This document shows, piece by piece, positions 25,001 to 39,572 of a stretch of 64,000 nucleotides of DNA (positions are counted from its first letter, which is position 1; every line of letters begins with the position of its first letter). The position numbers and the translations under genes are program-made. A model generated the notes under the pieces. The model saw only the letters and a program-made list of their open reading frames with translations, was not told the origin of the DNA and ran no database searches. Origin of the DNA: Eledone cirrhosa (Eukaryota). The DNA is taken from NCBI GenBank assembly GCA_964016885.1, contig OZ024753.1, forward strand, positions 2,046,001 to 2,110,000, written 5' to 3'.

Positions 25001-28000
25001 CCAACACTTTTAGTCATTTCTTACATGTAAATATATTATGTAACATATTCTAAACCAGATAATTACAGCCAAATATATAGAATTGATTAATAATTAATTC
25101 AGCTTACAGCCTCCAGTCCAGCTATTTGGTGATTATTCATTTATTAAACTTAATTCTACATCAAACTCACCATCTTCATCATCATCATCGTCTAACATGT
25201 ATTTTCAATGCTTGCACTGGCTAGACAGTTGTCACGTGCTGAGGTCAGACTGGTCAAGGGACTAAGTCATGGTGGTATGCTTTGATTCTATGCCTGGATG
25301 CCTTTCCTAACACCAACCACTTTATAGCATGTACAGAGATCATGGTTTCTACAGCTGGATGTACTTCCTAACATCATCCACTTAACAGCCTGCACTTACA
25401 CACTCACACGCACACCCCCACATACACACACACACACACACACACACGCACATGCACACACACACACACACACACATATATATAAATTCATGTAAAAAGG
25501 GCCTGTTTGATGAAGAATATCAAATATGAATAAAAAAAGTGGAGGTGCACAAGACAAAGACAATAGAAAATGAACAGTCACTTTTCTTCAGTCAACCTTT
25601 ATATATATATCTCCATATATAGTGTATATCTATCTATGTATTATATCTATCTATCTATATATGTATATATATATGTATCTATATATGTATATATATATAG
25701 ATACATATATAGATAGAGGTGCTACACCCCAGTAAATTCGCTGAAAGGTGGGTGAATGTGGCGAAAATGGCCCGAGTGAGTGGGCCTTCTCTGTATATAA
25801 ACCTGTCGGTTGAGGAAGATAACCAGAGGGAAGACAGGAACACCTACAAAACGTGTTCCTGGTGTTGAGGGTTGTTCTATCCACGGGGTGTAAAACAACC
25901 CTGCAGTAACGTTCCTCCCGATTGGGGATTTCAATTGTTATTTTATTATATATAGTTTATTGTTATTTATTAATTTTAAAGTTATATGATTTTTATGTAA
26001 AACCCCCACCGTCACGTCTTGTAATGTCCCATTTTTGTATGCCCCTGTGGCAAATAAAGAAATATATATATATAGATGATGATGATGATATAGATATATA
26101 TGTATATGTATATATATATAATGGATTGTCTTAGTCTGTAAAGACTAAGACAATCCATACCAACATGAAAAACTGGCCATAAAATCTTGATATATACACT
26201 ATTGTAAGGCGATCCCCACCTATAAGGTGGTAGTGTTGGTGCCATGAAGAAAGGTACCCAAGCAACAATGTAAAGCAGTAGTGATGGTACCTCAACAAAA
26301 GCACCCAATCTACCTTGTGATAGTAGCAGTGCTGGTGTCATAAGAAAATACTCTCAGTTCTTGCTGTAAAGTGGTTGGCATTAGGAAGGGCATCCAGCTG
26401 TAGATAAAAAGCTAAAAATCTAAGCTAAAAATGGAATGTTCTGGCAAGACGTAGTCACCTGAGCACTCTAATCTCAGTACATGATAGCCTAAGTCATGCA
26501 AACATGGAAATTTTCCATTAAATGATAATAGTAATGATGATGATGATTATGATGATGGTGTGAATAGCTAACTTTGTCTTTCCTTCTATTCAAAATCACT
26601 AACATTAATATCAATAGAAGTCTATTAATTAACCATTCTGTTTTACTTTTAATATATTTCAGGTGTCAGATTCAAAAGAAGTATATCAACTTTATGTCAG
26701 CCTTTATGATGCTGTTTACCATTGTTACTTTGGTTGCCAGTGGCAGAGTTCAGGTATCACCTGCTCTGCTGCGAAAGGAAACCATACAAAACTTACCTTT
26801 AATCAGGTGAATTGTTTATCACATCCTTTTTCTTTTTTTTTTCTTTTACAAAAATCATAAAACACTTGTTTTGTTTCTTTTACAAGATACAGACCTGTTA
26901 TGGGGGGAATGCCTTTTTGATAGAGAGCTTTGAATTGAGCACAGCAATCTAGTTGTAGAAAAATGGCAATCTAGTTAACTCTTTCATGACCTTGTTTCTA
27001 ATGAAATACACTGTATTTCAATTAATTGATGGAGAATTTGGAGGGATTAACTAAAACCATTAATCATTTCATTATTGTTGGATTAAGGGTGGGGCATTTC
27101 AACTCTTCTTATTAATAACTGCATTGTTTCTTTCCAGGGACTATGTTGAAAAATAAACCTCATTTGGTCAATCCATGAGAGTATCTTGGTCAACCTATGA
27201 ACCTTTCTGCCAACCCTCATACTTTATTACTCTAGACTTTTCCATTTCCCCTCACCTTATATCTATCTTTCTTTCTCTCTAGGTAATCTACATGCACACC
27301 ACTTTGAAAGCTCCAAGTGTTGTACTTGTTGTAGAGCTTGTTAGTCAAACAAAATATTCTGATGGCACCAACAAAACAAAGTCACTTGGCTGGGGGATCA
27401 TCAGACCCTTTGCTGTGGATGCTGAACATTCAAATACTTTACGAAATGACCAGAGTACTCTTAAAAAGTAAGTAGACCCTTGGTAATGTTTCTGTGTAAC
27501 TTTCTCTCTTTCCCACATTCAGTTGATTAAACTTTCATTTTTCATCTGTTGGTTGGTGATAGGAAGTGCATCCATCTGTAGAAACCATGTTGATAAAGGC
27601 TCGAGAGGACTCTCAATTTGTGTCATGGGCACATCAACCTCTCTAGTGTTGATAGTCCACATGAGAAACACTCCCAGTACACTTTGTAAAGTGGTTGGTA
27701 AAAGGGAAGGCATCCAACCATAGGAAATCTGCCAAACAAAGGGCCAGAAGAACTCTTTAGCTATGTCACAAACATGACGACCTTCTCCATGCTGGTGCCG
27801 AATAAAATGCATTCAGCAGAGTGAATGGACATATGTAAGTGAGATGCTAGCCCCCGGCTTGCCTGAGCACCAGTTACAGTGTAGGAACATAAGTGAGTGA
27901 GAAGCAGGCACCTAGCCCATCTCAGAGTTCAGTAGCTCTGTTTTGAGTATTGACTTGGTTTGTGATGATCCAGCCAACCCTTGTTAGCAGGGAAAATGGA

Positions 28001-31000
28001 TGGTAAAGGACGGCATCTACACCGTATAGCACATGTAGAGATAAAATTTGTCTATTCTATGAGATACTATATCAGATTGTATGCCTTTGATATTATACTG
28101 TCTGTTTAACCATTGACAACCACAAGAAGACCAATAACAAAAGGGATTATAAACATACTACTGTGTAACCTGCTACTGTGATTATGTTCATGCTCATAAT
28201 TGTTTTTTACAGAGTGCAGCTATATAAGGGTACACCCAGGGCACTCTATCTTGTAGATGAACCAATTGAAAGTAAGTGATTTTTATCTCTTTCTATGTAG
28301 TGTATGTATGTTTTTGTATTTACCTGCTTATATACAGTCATACAAATATGATTATAAAGAAATGAAGTGAGTATGCTTTGTTGGGTGTGTAATGTTAGCA
28401 TGGATGACTGGCACAAAATAAGCAAACTGACAGAAAAACTCTATATAAGGGGGTGCATATGCAGTATACAAAAAAGAAGACTGTGATGCTCTGGACATGT
28501 GATATGTATTGAAGATGACAGCTGTATAAAGAAATGCAGAGAAATCTCAATGGATGGAACTCCGGGGAGGTATATTACCAGGAAGACGTGGGTTGATGTA
28601 GTGAAGACAAACCTTATGACTAGTATGATATAACCCTATTGCTGTTATTGTTGACAACACAGGTCCAGCAGTATTATATAACCCTTTGCTGTCATTATTG
28701 GGGGCACAGATCTAATAGTTTCTAATATAACATTTCTGTTCTAATGACACTCTTCATATTTTAGACTGCGAACACTTAAAAGCAATTAATGGCCGGTACC
28801 TGACCTGTTCCTTAAGCATTCACCAGCCTCTGTTTAAAATACTTCATTTTCTACCTGAGAATGTATTCTTTGGACGAACAGACAATGTGCCAGGATTACA
28901 GACTATTGGCAGAACAGGTTAGTGATTCTTCTGTGAAGATTCTTTTGTTCTTTCTTTCTATTCTCTTTCCCTACTTTCTCCCTCTACTTCACTCTCTCTT
29001 TCTATCCAGTCTTTTTTATGTTACTCCCTTCTTTTCAGTTGATCATTTCTTACTCTATATTCATCTATTCATGACGTTAATATCACACATATATTCATCT
29101 ATTCATGACGTTAATATCACAAATATATTCTCAGAGCAGATCAGCAGCAAACAGCAAAGGTTTTAAAGCCATATTCCCCTGGCAATTCTTTAACCCTTTC
29201 ATTATGGTATTTCTAATGGAAAACACTGTCTATAATTTTCAAAAAATTTTGAAAATAAACAAGAATTTAAAGGGATTTAGTAATCTAACTAACTTTCTAA
29301 TTATTAAGCTGATGTTTAGAACATAAGTTAACATAGGTTCCCTCATAAAATTGTGATGAAAGGGTTTTAAATGAATAAGCATTCAGTATACTGTGTATAG
29401 TTGAGGGCCAGAGTCACAGTAAAATGTTCCCTGTACTTGCTGTAAAGTGGTTTACGTTAAGAAGTGCATCCAGCCATAACAACTAAGCCAAAAAACAGCA
29501 TACCTAACCAGTCTAACCTCAGTATATAACAAACCATCCAACATATGGGAGCATGGGAAAAGACATTAAATGGTAATAATAATGATGATAATGAGGAGGA
29601 ACTCACAGTAGAGGTAGACCAAGAAAGACCTTGGCAGAGGTGGTAAGAGCTGATCTCAAACTGCTGAGACTCACAGGAGATCACAAAGAAATGTCGCCAG
29701 TGGAGAGATGCTGTGCTGAAAAGGACCTGTCTAACCCAAGCAAGCATGGAAAAACAGACGTAAAAAAATGATTAGGATGAGGATGATGACATTAAAATAT
29801 ACAGTTTTGTATTGTAGAGCCAAGAACAGTTTCAATCGTATTCTACATTCATTCTTAGGAAGGGCATCCAGCCGTAGTAATCTAGTCAGAAACAGTCCTA
29901 TATGAGCAAAACACGGTTACCTGACTCAACTTGCCTCAAATGGGACAACCTGCCTAACCCATGCTAGCTTGGAAAATGAACGTTAAACGATGATGATGAT
30001 GATTCTTTATGATTTTCTTCTCTTTATCTTTACATTTCAACTAGTTGATCCATTTCATAAGCCAAAGTTATCTCCAGTATTAATGTGCCAGCTGAATAAC
30101 ATTTTAGTAACATTGCCACCAAATATTGATCGATTTGAGGAGGAACTCTGCCAACAACTCAGTGAAGATTATCTCAACAACATCTCAGATGCTGATAGCC
30201 TTACCAACATCTCAATTAACAATCTGGTTACAATTACAGAACGGCGACTCAAGGTAGGAATATGATCTTGATCAAGATAACTGACTATGGTGGCTGTGAT
30301 GGTATGATGGTTTAGTGGTTGTTGTGGTAGTGTGGTGGTTATGGTAGTGTGGTGGTTGTTGTGACGGTGGTGACTGTGACGATATGATGGTGTAGTTGGT
30401 GTTGTGGTAGTGTGGTGGCTGTGATGGTATGATGGTGTAGTGGTTACCGTGGTACTGTGGTGGCTATGGTAGTTGTGATGGTAGGATTGTTTAGTGGTTG
30501 TTGTGGTAGTATGGTGGTTATGGTATTGTGGTGGTTGTTGTGACAGTGGTGACTGTGGCGATATGATGGTGTAGTTGGTGTTGTGGTAGTGTGGTGGCTG
30601 TGATGGTATGATGGTGTAGTGGTTACTGTGGTACTGTGGTGGCTATGGTAGTTGTGATGGTAGGATTGTTTAGTGGTTGTTGTGGTAGTGTGGTGGTTAT
30701 GGTAGTGTGGTGGTTGTCGTGACGGTGGTGACTGTGACGATATGGTGGTGTAGTTGGTGTTGTGGTAGTGTGGTGGCTGTGATGGTATGATGGTGTAGTA
30801 GTTACCGTGGTACTGTGGTGGCTATGGTAGTTGTGATGGTAGGATGGTTTAGTGGTTGTTGTGGTAGTGTGGTGGTTATGGTAGTGTGGTGGTTGTCGTG
30901 ACGGTGGTGACTGTGACGATATGATGGTGTAGTTGGTGTTGTGGTAGTGTGGTGGCTGTGATGGTATGATGGTGTAGTAGTTACTGTGGTACTGTGGTGG

Positions 31001-34000
31001 CTATGGTAGTTGTGATGGTAGGATGGTTTAGTGGTTGTTGTGGTAGTGTGGTGATGATTGTGGTAGTGGTAGTGTGGTGTTGTGGTGGTGATTGTGGTAG
31101 TGTGGTTGTAGTAGTGTGGTGGTGATAGTGTGGGGGTTATGTTAGTGTGGTGGTGGTAGTGAAGTGGTGGTTGTGTTAGTGTGGTGGTGGTAGTGTGGTG
31201 GTGGTTGTGAAGTGGTGGTTGTGTTAGTGTGGTGGTGGTAGTGTGGTGGTGGTAGTAGTGTGGTGGTTCTGAAGACAGTATAACTCAATGTTTTTGTGAT
31301 TGAGATGCGATGAGTATTGAAGGGTATTGGAGATTGATCAGTAACTGTAAAAGTATGATGGCTGGTTGTCAAGGGATGCTGATTGTCAAAGAATATTGGT
31401 TGTCAAAGAAATTTGGTTGCCAAGGGATGTTGGTTGTCCAGGAATGCTGGTTGTCAAGGAAATTTTATTTTAAGTGGTAGCATTCCTGCAATAATTAATT
31501 TTCTTTAGACATTAAAAAACATTACACATGACAAAAAACGTACATTACTAAAAAATCCCATAAGTTATAAAATAAATAGGTTGGGTTCTCAATATGAAAA
31601 CTAAATGACTAATTCTGTTTTTTTTTTTTTAAATCAACAGAGTCAACCTAGAAAAATTACCGATATTCCACCTACCCCCGCTTATTTCACCCCCCCCCCC
31701 ATTATTTGGGACCTAAAAGTACACATTTATTTAACAAGTCAGATGTTGAGTTGCTCAAATAACTGTACACATCATAGAAAAACCCATGGAAAATCTATTA
31801 TCAGCTACATTATTGTAACTCCTGTTGGAGTTGTAGGGGGCGCTGTCGTGACATATGGCACGTCTTGGTACACTTTAAACCTTGTAGAGCCCTTCTTCTC
31901 TCCTGGTCTGAACATAGCCAATTTCTTCCTGAGAAGGTGAGAGAGAGAGAGAGAGCACCTCAGAATTGTAATGGTACTTTTTTTCATCGCTCTCAAAAGG
32001 ATGAAAGGCAAAGTTGACCCCCGCTGGGTTTGAATTCAGAGAACACAGAGAACCAGAATAAATACCATAAAACATTTTATCTGCTGTTCTAATGACTCTG
32101 CTTGTTTGCTGCCTAATAAAAATATATTCTGGGGGTTGTGCCGGATTTAGGACAAATGAGGCCTTGTGCTAGTTAAGTTATGAGGCCTCTTACTTGGGCC
32201 CTGAAGGAGGTAAAACATTTTTGGGGCAAGAAGATGCTCTCCCTCCTCTCCCCCCAGTCAACGGGGCCCTGTGCTTAAGCAAACCTAATCACAATGGTAA
32301 ATCCAGCACTGTCTGGGGGTTGAATCTATTTACCAAAAAGTTTTCTGCTTATGATTAAATCTGCCAATTCACCACCTACTTTCTACATTATTATTGATGT
32401 TAAAAAAAACTCAATAGCCATTACAACAGCTAACACTGTTCTTTTGTTTGATTGTTGTTTTTTACATAATCTTTTCTTTTATGTTTTTTCTTCATTTATT
32501 GAACATCTGACTCAATCAATAAAATATTGATATCTTCTGAGTCAGTGATACAGCATAATATCTTAGGCAATTATTATCTATCTTTAATGTAAGTCACTCA
32601 CAGCACTGCAACCTGGTCAACTGAATATTGCTGTTGTTGCTTCCTTTTCTTTATACAATAAAAAAGAAGGAAATATATTTAGTTGTGATCTGGTATCTTA
32701 ATGTCTTTAATGCTGATTCATTTTTACCCCTTACACTAGATCTTTATTACTTCTCACAACATTTTTCCAGCTCTAATGGTCTTCATCTAATTTTTTATAA
32801 GCTATTTCATAGCAGCTGACTGTATTCACAGTTATTTTCTGTGTCTGAGCTCTCTGCATCTTATACATTTATTTCATTGCTGCTTAGTAAGTTCAAAAAT
32901 TCAAGTTTCATACACATTGTAAAAACTAATGTTTTATTAAAAGGCTACCATGATGCAAATTGGTCATTAATTGTTAAAATATAGTGATAACAAAGATGTT
33001 AGAATGTTACCATGGAGATTTTTAATGGTTTATATATTTATCTTGAAATATAAAGGATTAAAAAACTCCAAAGTAACATCCCAACATCTTTGTTATCACT
33101 ATATTTTACCCAGTTGATGTCCCATTTGCCTTTTTAATAAAACACTATGTTCTACACTTAACACAATGTTTTGGGCAAACTACAACACCCTCTTTCAATG
33201 TAGTTTTTATATGTAAACAATCTATTTTAGAACCATTAAGCAATAGGGAGTCTTTTTAAATGTTGTTTGACTATGAAAATTAGTCTAATAAGTTGGGCAT
33301 GTCAAACATTGTTAATGCTACCAACTTTCAAATTCAGTAATTTTTATAATTTTTCTTCTCTTTTGGTAGCTTGCTGTACATAATGGTTGGTGCTATTGTG
33401 GTAAGGAAGAAATCATACATTTGGATATGGAGTACAATAATAGTTCAAATGGCCCATCTCCAAGTCCTGTTCCCAGACCAAGAAGCAGCTACCGAAGGAA
33501 ATATTCTGTGTCTTCAAACGGGTATTTAGGAAATTATATTTCTATAATTCTAAGAGATTCATAGAGCTTTTTTATTTAAAAAAAAATGAGTTAATCAAAG
33601 TAGATAGAGTGATGTCCATTAACTATTGCAGATTTTCTTGGACTGCTGAGGTTAATGAGGTAGATGTTGAACTTGAACATTGGTAGGTTGGTCTCACTAG
33701 TACTGCTTTCACAATAACATTCACCCAGTACACTCTGTAAAGTGGTTGGTATTAGGAGGGGTATCCAGTTGTATAAACCATGCTATAAAAATGGTAGAGA
33801 AGACTCTTTAATCACATAAAAAACGAGACAACCTCTCTAGCGCTGGTAGCATAGTAAAGTGCGCCCAGTACACTCTGCAAAGTGATTGGCATTAGGAAGG
33901 GTATCCAGTTGTAGAAACCATGCTATAAAAATGGTAGAAAGGACTCTTCAATCATATTAAGATTGAGACAACCTCTCTAGTGCTGATGGCACAGTAAAGT

Positions 34001-37000
34001 GTGCCCAGTGCACTCTGTATAAAGTGGTTGACATTAGGGAGGTTATCCAGTTGTATAAACCATGCTATAAAAATGGTAGAGATGACTTTTTAATTGCATA
34101 AAAAAAAATGAGACCCCCCCCTATGTAGTGCTGGTGATTCTTTAATCACATCAAGGTTGAAACAACTTCTGTAGTGCTGGTGTTGCAGCCAAATGTCCCT
34201 GTCAGAAGCATATATAATAAATTTGGCTTCTAAACAGGGTTTGGATTTTTGCTCATTTCTCAGACATAAAATAAAGTGGTTGGTTTATATTCAGATCGGC
34301 TTATATTTGAGTATAAACAGTAATTACTAATTCTGTATTTTTATTTCTATTTGAATCCTTTTTTCAGGTCTTCAAATGCTGTTGGATTGGCGCTAAGATC
34401 TCCATGTTATGTTAAAGATCTCTTTGACTCACCCGACTGCACCGTGGTTATGTCTTTGGAGTATGTCATTTCTGAACCAATGAGGGAAGAATACATGAAA
34501 GTAAGACTGAAATTAATCCAAAATAGCATACTTAAAGAATCTGTGAACCCTCCTCCTCCTTGTCCTCCTTCTTTTATGACTCTGTTTTAAAAACAATCTT
34601 CAGTTTGTTGTTCTCATGTTTTGAACACAAAGTATTCAGAATCTAAGAAAACAATTTTTGTAAAGACAATGAAAAAATTTAGAGAGAATTAAGAAAAATT
34701 CTCTGCTAAAAGGAATAAGCACCTAATAATTATTCCCTGGCCTATATTTTACTGCTGCCTGTGTAAATATTAACTTGTCCTGTTTGCAGAGAACACACAG
34801 AATGTGATTGATATGCAGGAGAAGGGAATATAACAGCCTACAATTTCCTGTATTGTTTATGATTGCCTTTAGCTGTTAGAAAAGACAGATCTAAAACTTG
34901 CTCTCTCTCTCCTTCACCACCTCTCTCTCTATCTCTCTTTTTCTCTCCATTTCTCTGTGCATATGAAATATGACACATGTTTAGTTAGGGAAATAGCACC
35001 TCAGAATATGACAGTCATGATTGTGGGACATAAAGTTAATATTTAGGTTTTCATGCACTGTTCTTTACATATAATTAATGCCATATTTTCAAATTCAAAA
35101 GTGTTATTACATAGATATTTTTCCATTATAATCATTGTCATCGTCATTGTTGTTGTCTTTGTCATTGTTTGTATGTTGACTTTCCCATGTTGGCATGGGT
35201 TGGATGGGACTTTTGAGGCAATGTTTTATAGCTAGATGCCCTTCCTGACACCAACCATTTTAATTGCTTCATATGACATGCAAGGATATGGTGTAACTAT
35301 TCTAAACTGGACACACATGTTTACAGAACATATCATATCAATACAGTTGTTATTAATTTTTCTTCTTATTGGTTAGCTTTGCTTTTCATCCTTATGCGGT
35401 CGATAAAATAAAGTACCTGTCACGCACTGGGGTTGAATTAATTGACTTTCCCCTCCCCCACAAAATTGTTGGCCTTGTGCCTAAATCCAGTCCTCTAACC
35501 ACTAAGCCATTTGTCTTTAGTAGAGTCTATTCTATGGCAAACATTTGGGCCAAGTCTCCAGTTTAAAAATACTTTCATCATTCTCACTAGTCTTGAAGAC
35601 CTCAAAATGGGTCATGGATACTGTTCTTCCTCCTGTCTAAGTAAAAAAAAGAAAAGAATATATCTATATACAGCTTATACATAATTACAATTATAGCACT
35701 TTTCTTTTGCTTCCAGTTTGTTCGATCAATACCATGGGCCTTCAAAAGAGTTATCCTTCTCCGATGGTGCATATGGAAACCATTTGATTTATCAGCACCT
35801 GGTCAAGAAATGGTTGGAGATGTTTATAGAATCCCATTTATTGCTGGACCCAGTCGAAATCCAGATGAAGTATTTGTGTACAAGGGAACACCAACAGATA
35901 TGTATGAGGAACACTTAGCTCGAATGGCTCAAGGGAATATCCAGTTCTATGCAGTATTGCATAAACAAGTATGTACTTCCAAATTACAGGTTGAAAGTGG
36001 TGGATTGGCAAAATTATTTGAGCTTTGGTAAAAAAATGTCTTATGGAGTTGATAAATAAAAAAACAGTAATGCACTAGGATTGATTTAATCGACTTTCCC
36101 CTCCCCCAAAATTGTTGGCCTTGTGCCTAAATCAGAAACAATTATTTTGCCATTTTTTGCCCTAAACTTCACTGGTTTAGAAAATCTCTATTTAGGCACC
36201 TGTCCAAATCATGCTGGATTAATGATGTTCAACCTTTACTATGTAATTTATTATATAGGCTCTCTTTGGAAATGGATCAACATTTTAAAATATAACTTTC
36301 TCTGCATATAGCTTACTTTGATAATTATGTTTGATTTTTACGTTGTTTCTGTTCGAGTTACATTTTTTTCCCTTTTTTTTGTTTTTGTTTTTTCTTCTTC
36401 AATATAGGACCAAAGCGAAAGTCCTGCTAATGTTGAAGACCTTCAGGTGAAGATGCAGAATGCAGCCATGCCACCTTTACCTTTACCTGTACAGTCTCCC
36501 ATGTAAATAACTGAATGTTATATATTTTATTACAATAACATGGGTGGTTTATAATTTATAATTAGCACTTTTGTCTGTCGATGACCAAAATATTTAGCTT
36601 CCAAATTGTCCGATCTGCATGAAGGCCACCTCATCACTGAAGTAGTGGTAGCAACATAAAATATGACAAATGGTTCATTTAATTCCTCTTGTGAGTACTG
36701 TTAAAACAGCTCTTGTATCTTATCTAGATGTCAATAGATCTTATCATTCACAGATGTCTACTTCTGATTAGGAAAGTCAATAATTTACTCAACCAAATCA
36801 TAACAGATTTATCACCATCACCGTTTAATAACCATTTTCCCAGATAGCAAGGGTAGGATGGGTTGTCAGCAGATCAAATCACTATTCACTTACATACAGT
36901 GGCCCACAGCTTACATGAAATCCCATGCACTACCAACACTAGCACTAGGGAGGTTGCCATGTCTTTGACACAGCTGAAAATTTTCATTCTTTGTTATTGT

Positions 37001-37941
37001 GGTTCAATAAGATTGCTTTTCATTGAGAAATTAGTTACAAAATGCAGACCTGCCAACCTCTAAAAACCCAAACAGGGAGTATCATGAAAAAAAGTGCCCT
37101 AAAACGAAGAGAAATGAGGCAAAATGGGGAGGTTTTACATAATGAAAGCTATACCCATTTTCACAAGTGAAGACATCTTTTCACGCTCCGCAAAGTGGGT
37201 AGAAGATCTCTCCGTCGGACGGGGAGAGTTGACAGGTCTGAAAATGTCTGAGCTGAACAATACAATTCTTTTATTTACTTTAGACAAATGTCTCCGCCAA
37301 AGAGAGCTGTCAACCAGTCTATGCAAAACCAACAAGCCAACATGGCGTATTCAAGCTATCAGCCCAAGTCTACCATTTCCCAGATGTCAATTCCATATAG
37401 CATACCACCTGTTTCACCTGTGCCAGCATATCAGCAGCAATTGACTCAAAATCCTGTTGCACCAGCAGCAGTTTATCATCAGCATCAGCAGCAGCATCAG
37501 CAGCAAATGGTACCATCACATCATCAGCAGCAAATGGCACCATCACAGCATCAGCAGCAAATGGCACCATCACATCATCAGCAGCAAATGGCACCATCAC
37601 ACCATCAGCAGCAAATGGCACCATCACATCATCAGCAGCAAATGGCACCATCACAGCATCAGCAGCAAATGGCACCATCACATCATCAGCAGCAAATGGC
37701 ACCATCACATCATCAGCAGCAAATGGCACCATCACATCATCAGCAGCAAATGGCACCATCACAGCATCAGCAGCAAATGGCACCATCACACCATCAGCAG
37801 CAAATGGCTAGGGCTGATGGTCAAGTCACTGAAGTAACTAAGGTTGGTCAACATAACACCTATGCATGTATACACACACACAAACACACTCATTATACAC
37901 TTATGCACGAGTATGTATTCATGTTCACATATATGCACACA

Positions 37942-37989
<48 letters not shown>

Positions 37990-38964
37990 CACGAGCATGT
38001 ATTCCTGTTCACACACACACACACACACATACACATGCATTAGCATATATTCACATTCACACACATGCACACATACACGCACACACATAGATACTCTTTG
38101 ACATGGTCACTTTCCATGCATAGGTTGGACATATATATATATATATATCATGGAGGCACATGGCTTAGTGGTTAGAGCATTGGGCTTGCAATCGAAAGGT
38201 TGTGAGTTCAATTCTCAAACTGGGTGATGTGTTGTTTCCTTGAGCAAGACACTTTATTTCACATTGCTCCAATTTACTCAGCTGTAGAAATGAGATGATA
38301 GGGACTGATGTCCCTATCATTCCACTGCAAAGTGGTCGTGGAGGTGCCACGGCAAAAAAGCACCCAGCACTCACTGTAAATGAGGTTGGTGTTAGGAAGG
38401 GCATCCAGCTGTAGAAATCAAGCCAGAATCAGTTCCCGTCCCACCCTTGCAAGCAGGGAAAAAGCGGACGTAAAGTGATGATCATATACAACATGTTGCA
38501 CAATTCATATTTATCATAGATGATGTTTCTTCTTTTGACCTGTTTGTACATCCAGATGTATTGGGCCCTTATGAACATAGACCCCATTAGTTGTGTGAGG
38601 AGTTTAATGCAGTTCTTCTATTATTTTGTTTGTTAACAGCAATTTTCTTCCCTAACAACTGCTGTCGCTGCTCTTCCTGATGAAGCAGAATTCTTACATC
38701 AGATGCCAACTTCTAGACACAATCCTATCTTAGCACAGGTACCACACACAACAAGGTGAGCTGGAGTGTTAGAGTGGAGGAGTAGTCGGGGTAATGGAGT
38801 AAGAAATATCATCATTAGCCCCCCCCCCCCAACCATCATCATCATCATCATCATCAGCCCTCCTCACCACTATCATCATATTCATCATCGTCATTATCAT
38901 CATCATCATCAGCCCCCTCCTCTACTATCATCAACATCATCATCAGCTCCCCTATCTACTATCG

Positions 38965-39000
<36 letters not shown>

Positions 39001-39533
39001 GCCCCCTCCCCACTCCCGAAAAAAAAAAAAATTAAAATCAAACAACAAAGAATGATAAAGAACAAACAAACAAAAAACTAAACTAGTAAAAACAGGTTTA
39101 AAAACTAACTCTTGGTTTCTTTTATTGGTATTTTAGTTGCAAGAGTTTATCTCGGAGTACCTACAATCTCTTGTTCAATACTGGCTTCCCTACAATCTTA
39201 GATCGAAATGGTGACCCTGCAGAAGTTATCAACCCAGAGAGATCTGATGTAGATACTGATTTCAGCTGTAGTTACCGAGATCCACTTTCTAGTAATGAAA
39301 TCATCTTTCAGTTTTTAGCTGTCAACAGGTAAATCACAAATTGTTGTTGTTACTCTTCTCTTGTTAGTGCTGGTTGTGAGTCTCATAGTTTGTTGCTATT
39401 GTTGTCAGTCCTGGACTTAACTGTAAGCCAAATAAGCTATAGCTTAGGGCCAAACACCCTCGGGGTCCTCATTTAAAAAAATATATTTTCATTTTATCAT
39501 TGTTAGTTTTTATTCTTTAACACTAAATCATCA

Positions 39534-39572
<39 letters not shown>

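Noticed and set aside
36441-36452. Internal donor CAG|GTGAAG in exon 10
   Set aside because: Phase 0 is incompatible with exon 11 (phase 2); it would only fit if exon 11 were skipped to exon 12, for which there is no evidence here.
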